Of a stretch of 64,000 nt of DNA, positions 62,529 to 64,000 are shown piece by piece; position 1 is the stretch's first letter, and each line of letters opens with the position of its first letter. Source of the stretch: Sedimentisphaerales bacterium (GTDB taxonomy: Bacteria; Planctomycetota; Phycisphaerae; Sedimentisphaerales; Anaerobacaceae); assembly GCA_963708075.1 (NCBI GenBank), contig OY970194.1:4192001-4256000 (forward strand), given 5' to 3'. A model generated the notes under the pieces. It had not been told where the DNA came from. It did not search any database and saw only the letters and a list, made by a program, of their open reading frames with translations. Both the position numbers and the translations under genes were made by a program.

Positions 62529-63998
62529 ATGGCAGACACAATGATCGACAGCACAGCGCGGATGATCGACCTCTCGGACGCGGCGTACCAGGCCTTCTGC
62601 GAGGGGATCTCCGGCATGTTCGGTGTGGAGATGCAGTGCGACCGTCAGCAGGCGGGCGTGGGCGCGGCCGGGCAACTGCAGAGCCACTTCAAGAAGCTCA
62701 CCGCGGTTCATGTGGTCGCGGCGGACGGGGCCGTGCATGGGACCTTACACCTGCTGTTTGATCAGGCAGGACTGTTCATTCTCTCGGGTGTAGTCGTCAT
62801 GCTGCCGGAGAGCCGGATCCTGGAGCAGGTCAAACGCGGCTCGATGGAGAATAACGAGAGCCTGCAGGATGCCGCCAAGGAGGTGGGCAATCTGCTGGTG
62901 GGCTCCTGGGACACGGTCTTTCGTGATGCGTGCAAAGGCCACAAGCACTTCGTCAAGAAGGCCAGCGTCATCGGCAAGCTGTGGGAAAAGGACGGCCAGA
63001 TGGAGCTGTCGCCCGAGGATCAGGTCCTGCTGGTTCTCTATAAGATGACCGTCGAGCCCTACCCCAGCTTCACCTGTGCGGCCGTATTCCCAAAATCCGT
63101 TCTGGCAGGCACTGACAATCCAGGGACTGGCCAGGTCGCCGAGCCGCCAAAGCCGCAGGAGCCGGCAGAGGTGGGTTTGAAACCTGTCCAAACTGAGCCG
63201 GAGCGGGTTATCGCGGCCGTCCAGACGCCGACACCAAGTGGCAACGGGAAGACTGAGAGCCCAGGCGCTGCACCGAGTCCCGTGGCGGAAAATCCCACGC
63301 AGCCCCCTGCCGAAGCAGCAAGTGAACCGACTCCAGTGGCTGTTGTACAACCGCCGGGCTCGGGCAAGAGCTGCGAGTCTTCTCCAGAGACCAAGCCGGC
63401 CGACCCCGCGGACAACGCGCCGGCCGTGGCTGATGCCGGTGTCCCCAACGTGTCACAGGAATCCGGCCCCGTCGTTCCTGTCTTGCGACAAAGTGCCGGG
63501 CCCAATGGCGAATGGATCGAGCTGCTGCGTACCCCGGCGGACAAGATCATGCAGCGTAACATCGTCTGGGCCGGCCCGGACGACACGGTTCAGACCGTGC
63601 TGGCGAAGATGCAGCAGCACAATACCGGTTACGTGCTGATCGGCCAGAACGGAACTCTCGAAGGGCTCGTCTCCAATTCAAGCATTCTGGGAGCCGTCAG
63701 CCTGTACCTGCGTCCGGTGTTCGCCAAATGGCGCCGCCCGGAAGATGACGCGACGCTCGGCGTGAAGGTCAAATGGATCATGAGCCGGCCGGTCCGGACC
63801 ATCCGACCCGATGCCACACTGGAAGCGATGATGGAGAGTATGCGCCGTTATGGCGGGCGTTGTCTGCCCGTGGTGGACGGCAAAGGAACAGTGCTGGGCC
63901 TCGTCACCACGTTTGACATCCTGCTGTATCTTCTCCAGGTGGGCGGAGACGTATCCTGGCAAGGGAGCCCGCCCCAGGCCCCCGCCCTGCTGCTGTAG
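62529..63998 (+). CDS. CheX/CheC-like domain, Pro-rich linker and CBS pair
   Basis: 'DAAKEVGNLLVG' ExxN; CBS motifs 'IMQRNIV..GPDDT', 'IMSRPV.TI.PD', 'LPVVD..G..LGLVT..D'. Confidence 0.75.
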   Translation: MADTMIDSTARMIDLSDAAYQAFCEGISGMFGVEMQCDRQQAGVGAAGQLQSHFKKLTAVHVVAADGAVHGTLHLLFDQAGLFILSGVVVMLPESRILEQVKRGSMENNESLQDAAKEVGNLLVGSWDTVFRDACKGHKHFVKKASVIGKLWEKDGQMELSPEDQVLLVLYKMTVEPYPSFTCAAVFPKSVLAGTDNPGTGQVAEPPKPQEPAEVGLKPVQTEPERVIAAVQTPTPSGNGKTESPGAAPSPVAENPTQPPAEAASEPTPVAVVQPPGSGKSCESSPETKPADPADNAPAVADAGVPNVSQESGPVVPVLRQSAGPNGEWIELLRTPADKIMQRNIVWAGPDDTVQTVLAKMQQHNTGYVLIGQNGTLEGLVSNSSILGAVSLYLRPVFAKWRRPEDDATLGVKVKWIMSRPVRTIRPDATLEAMMESMRRYGGRCLPVVDGKGTVLGLVTTFDILLYLLQVGGDVSWQGSPPQAPALLL

Positions 63999-64000
63999 GC

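Overview
GC-rich bacterial chromosome window. The gene content and repeat style suggest a Planctomycetota lineage, probably Phycisphaerae/Sedimentisphaerales-like (inference). Many single-base frameshifts, even in lepA, point to long-read indel errors. 1-17.7 kb: partial IS1182, ECF sigma plus partner, psd-pssA-lipoprotein-dacA-cdaR-like cluster, cstA, SPFH protein, der, and a MacAB/TolC-type efflux operon. 18.4-35 kb: an accessory/defence region interleaved with hemW-lepA. It holds a nuclease-ATPase fusion gene, an IS701 stub, an orphan MNT antitoxin with a truncated HEPN toxin, a single-chain restriction-modification enzyme, an unclassified hairpin-bounded element encoding a Rep-like putative transposase with a long structured leader, and an HNH-AP2 gene. 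These genes are separated by dense mosaics of nested REP-like repeats that form long inverted repeats, and one repeat is inserted twice in frame into hemW. 35-50 kb: lipoproteins, MazG-like protein, duplicated beta-helix proteins, GH5, BlaI/M56 pair, PDZ and LamG-thioredoxin proteins. 50.6-64 kb: 8-PAS/GAF histidine kinase, two NarL-type regulators (one a pseudo-receiver) and a chemotaxis operon (cheW, DcaP-like porin, Cache MCP, cheY, cheX, CheX-CBS fusion). No rRNA, tRNA or CRISPR array was seen.
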